Under the pieces are notes generated by a model that saw nothing but the letters and a program-made list of their open reading frames with translations, was not told where the DNA came from and did not search any database. A stretch of DNA of 62,629 nucleotides, the filler included, from Diploschistes diacapsis (Eukaryota), in the NCBI GenBank assembly GCA_023645945.1. It is 5 parts of 5 records of this genome, joined end to end, with 100 filler letters (N's around TTAATTAATTAA, not from the genome) between each part and the next. Parts side by side here need not be neighbours in the genome. Positions count along the whole stretch, not along the records: positions 50,188 to 62,629 come from JALAIB010000743.1; 4 more parts are not named here. One strand, given 5' to 3'. This document shows, one piece after another, positions 59,193 to 62,629 of this stretch (within the stretch, counting starts at the first letter, position 1; each line of letters begins with the position of its first letter). A program made the translations under genes and the position numbers.

Positions 59193-60239
59193 CTAGAGCT
59201 TGCTCTGTGCCTGCGCCTGTTCCGGAACTCCCTCCCTAACGCACCTCTCGACAAACCCCAGAATATCGCGCGTGACCGAGTCCCTGTCCTTCTCAACATG
59301 CACTGTGTCCAAATCAAGTCAGCTCAAGTCCCAAAGACTGCTGCACGAAACGGAAAACGTAATGGAGGGCCCCAGTGTACATGACTCACAATTATGAAAA
59401 TTACCCTCGTAAACCTTTACCTCCTTGTCCCCAACCCCCATCCTCTCCACCACCCTCCTCGTAGCCTCCGGACTCGTCACCTCGTCCTCAGCCCCATGAA
59501 TCGCCAGCACCCGACACCCTTCCCACCCCCTCAGCTCCACATTCCCGACATCCAAATCGTGCGCCCTGTCCAGCATATCCGACAAACCCTCCAGCGTGCC
59601 CGTATCATGGCACAGCGGATCGTCGGCCCAGGACTGATTGTCCGCCTCGTCGTGACTCAATTTCGTCTTGTCCAGTTTATTCAACAGCTGAAAGTGCGGC
59701 ATCAGCATGCTTGCGAAGCGCCCCGCGTGGACCTTGAGCCGCGTCGGTTGCGACGCCGGATGCAGGCGTATGTAAGGGGCCAGCAGGATGAAGCCGGATA
59801 TTTGTCGCTTGAGCTCGAGAGGTGCGGTGGCGGCCCAGTAGAGGGTTTCCTGACCGCCCATTGAATGGCCCATGAGGAACGTCGGCACGGGGGAGGGCAG
59901 GTGCGAGGTCAGGAAGGTGGTTATGTCGGCCATGACCTGCGGGGTGCGGCCCGTTAGGCCGCGTTCTTTCGGAAGGGTGACGGAGCGGCCCCAGCCGCGC
60001 TGGTCGAAGGTGTGGATGGCGAGGGAGGAGGCGGAGAGGAGGGGGAAGAAGGAGGCGTAGCGGTTGGCGTGGTCGGAGAAGCCGTGGAGGAAGATGATTT
60101 GGGCGGTGGGGGGATCGGCGGGCTTGGTTGCTTTAATACTAGGGTTTGGAGTGGAGCGGAAAATGCAACGTACGAGCCAGGATTTCGTGTAGAGCTCTTT
60201 GCCGTCAGGCATTCTCATCCAGCCCTCCTTTGTCGCCAT
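59193..60239 (-). CDS. Alpha/beta hydrolase, monoacylglycerol lipase (Yju3-like), with C-terminal SKL
   Basis: Exons 60239-60174, 60122-59390, 59302-59193; LYTKSW, FLHGFSDH, FDQRGWGRS, GHSMGG, HGAEDEVT, YEGNFHNLH; ends QAQSKL. Confidence 0.9.
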
Positions 60240-60692
60240 CTTGAAAGCTAAGGAGTGGGAGCGCGAGACGGATGGTAGGAAGCGGAGATGTACAGGGACA
60301 AGTCGAAAAGACAGTTTAACACAAGGCGAAGATGATTGAAAAACAAGAATATTGACTGAATACAAAAGTCAGTTCAGGATTGGAGCTGACTTCCAGCTAG
60401 CAGCTTGAGGATGTAGAGTACGTTATAGCTCTAAATATGCGAAACAGTCCTCTAAACCAGATCCCCAGCAAAGCTCTTTAAGACCAGGAGCTCACCCTCA
60501 CATGCCTCGGCATACCTCAGCTACCTTATCGGGTTAGCTCCCCATCACCAGCTCATTCTAGCAGTCTTGGCATCTCATTCTCATCAACACCTCAAGCTTC
60601 TGCTCTAAGCAAGGCAACGCATTCAACCTTCCCTCATCAAGCTTTCGAACTTTCCCGTCCTCCATCTTCACCTTCTTTAAATACTAATAACA

Positions 60693-61918
60693 ATGAATTC
60701 AATGCGCCTCGTCCGATCTGCCGTCGCGCGCACTGCCAGGCCCTCTACTGCTCCGTCGATGCGTTTCCCCGCGCAATTGCAGAGGAGAGGTTATGCGGAC
60801 GCTGTGTCGGATAAGATTAAGCTTACGCTTGCGCTGCCCCATCAGGTATGTTGTCACCTTTTTGTTATTGAGGAAGTGGAGTACAGGGGGTGGGATTCCG
60901 GATGCATAATGGGATAGCTGGTGGTGGAGAAGTTGAGGGACTGGAGTGCATTGGACTTGGAGAGGCTGGAAGGGGAGTGGAGGGGAGATTGGCAATGGGA
61001 CGAGAAGTGGTAGCTGGAAGATTCAAGAGCTTTAAGAACGCTTGCTAACGCTTGCCTGTTGCTAGTCGATTTTCAAGTCCACGGACGTGTACGTGCCAGC
61101 CCTCCTGAACCTTCTGCCCGGCTCAGCTTCTCACCTGCTAATTAACCAACCATGAGTCGCTTGTTTAAAGAGCCGTGGATTGCAGGATCAAACGGAAAGA
61201 ACTGACGAGAGCATTGAATAGAGTCCAAATAAACATCCCTGCCGAATCTGGTGAGATGGGTGTTTTAGCGAACCACGTTCCATCCATCGAACAGCTGAAG
61301 CCAGGGCTCGTGGAGGTCATCGAGGAAAGCGGAGGGAGCAAGCAGTTTTTCCGTGCGTTTACATACACCGAAATCCCGGTCCTTATACGATATTGTTAGC
61401 AAGGTCAAAAAGGTGGATAAAAGCAGAGGGCAGACCAATGTCGAGACAAGAGCATAGCATTGCAGCTGTTGCATTAGAGGATACACCGCAGAAGTGAAGA
61501 AAAATTAGACACCTATATAAGCTAACGGCAACAACAGTGTCCGGCGGCTTCGCCATCGTCCAGCCCGACTCCGTCCTGAGCATTAATGCCGTCGAGGGCT
61601 TCCCATTGGAAGATTTCAGTGCCGATGTACGATCCTCTCCTCCATTCCATCCAAGAAAGAATTACGCTATTATTGGTCCTCTTTTCCCCAATATTGTTGT
61701 GGCAAGAAGCTTACTCTTGCCTTCTATTTCTAGGCCGTGCGATCACAAATCTCTGAGGCCCAGAAAATTGCGTCAGGAAGCGGCAGCGCACAGGATATCG
61801 CGGAGGCGAACATTGAGCTTGAGGTATGAATGTTCTAATTTAGAAGCAACTAAAGAGCCTTCAGGGCAGCGTTAATGGGGTCTAGGTGCTGGAGAGTCTG
61901 CAGTCTGCTATGAAGTAG
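60693..61918 (+). CDS. ATP16: Mitochondrial F1 ATP synthase delta subunit
   Basis: Exons 60693-60845, 61066-61088, 61222-61352, 61538-61626, 61734-61823, 61886-61918; presequence ending RRGYA; KLTLALPHQ, NIPAESGEMGVLANHVPSIEQLKPG, FLSGGFA, EANIELEVLE. Confidence 0.96.
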
Positions 61919-62417
61919 GCCGATAAAGAGAGTGGGGGAAGGGCGAAGAGTAGGATGGGTGAGAGTTGATGTATATTATCGCATAAAAACAGTGTCGTGG
62001 ACGACCAAGACGAAAGACGAGGTGTACAGTGGGAATAGATTTTATTGGCACTATCTGCTGAGTGTCCCTTTCCTTCTCTTCGTGGAATGAAGAAGTTTAG
62101 TTACAACACCTGTTCTCCGACGGTGAAGGGGGTTAAGTGCAGCGTGCCTTCCTATTTCGGCAACTTTCACGGGGCGCTGGAGGAATGGGTTCACTGCGCA
62201 ACGGATCCATCTGACAACTGATCAATCTCCTACCTACTACCTACATTCCCCTAAATTCATTCTCGTTCCATCCTACTTCCCTGTGATCTCCTTCGAAAGT
62301 TCTGGTGTATTCTCCATCTCTTCTTGACATCACTCCGTCCGTTAGTTGTATCGACAGAAGCAGAAACAAGCAAAAGCAAGAGCAAAATCACTTTCAACCA
62401 TTCTCTTCACTATTCCC

Positions 62418-62606
62418 ATCATCATCATCATCATCATCATCCTCACAAGAGCTTATCCTAGCCTAACCAACACCTTTTCGCCCCACCACTTTTCATCATC
62501 ATCACAACTCAACCTACCGTCTAACTATACACACAACCAACCAGTCTATCAATCATCCACCCACCAGACCCTCTCAAGTCCGCCCAACAAACAAACAAAC
62601 AAACAA
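62418..62606. repeat. (CAT)n and (CAAA)n microsatellites, probably in the 5' leader of a gene starting at ATG 62614
   Basis: (cat)8 at 62418-62441; (caaa)n at about 62585-62606; CAAAAATG context at the contig end. Confidence 0.7.
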
Positions 62607-62629
62607 GACAAAAATGCCCCCTTCCACAC

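Noticed and set aside
61087..61221. Possible stwintron at GT-GTACGT in ATP16 intron 2
   Set aside because: The first GT is needed for the conserved Val codon (DVVQ), and removing an internal intron yields neither a good donor nor the right frame.
43846..61918. ATP19 and ATP16 as an ATP synthase gene cluster
   Set aside because: Different contigs; the proximity is an artefact of concatenation.

Overview
Eukaryotic DNA from a filamentous ascomycete (Pezizomycotina-style spliceosomal introns with CTAAC/CTGAC branch sites, an intron-containing tRNA). The window is not one locus. It is five contigs of 12449, 12448, 12445, 12445 and 12442 bp, joined in size order by an artificial 100-bp linker (44 N + TTAATTAATTAA + 44 N), so adjacency across linkers is meaningless. 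Contig 1: IFA38-like ketoacyl reductase (partial), an unknown 632-aa probable nuclear protein, nitronate monooxygenase, FOL1 (HPPK-DHPS), gamma-type indoleamine 2,3-dioxygenase (partial). Contig 2: a DUF5872/Hva1-Tudor pseudogene, a GH7 cellulase pseudogene, two uncharacterised genes, and an Hva1-Tudor + AT-hook protein. Contig 3: acetoacetyl-CoA synthetase, a DUF1996 secreted protein (probable GC-AG intron), an LCCL membrane protein, an ARO8-like aminotransferase. Contig 4: GNAT, CoA-binding protein, RBR E3 ligase, a spliced single-domain DTGS aspartic-protease-like gene, ATP19, MTFP1, NmrA-like and SGNH pseudogenes, tRNA-Pro(CGG), and an AT-rich repeat remnant. Contig 5: a conserved fungal hypothetical, TRM61-like methyltransferase, CSN1, a monoglyceride-lipase-like hydrolase with PTS1, and ATP16. 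Family assignments come from motif recognition by eye, not from database searches. No clearly new multi-gene system is demonstrable. The best leads are the Tudor-like/AT-hook protein, the orphan aspartic protease, the paired pseudogenes, and a recurring C-rich to G-rich strand skew at gene 3' ends.
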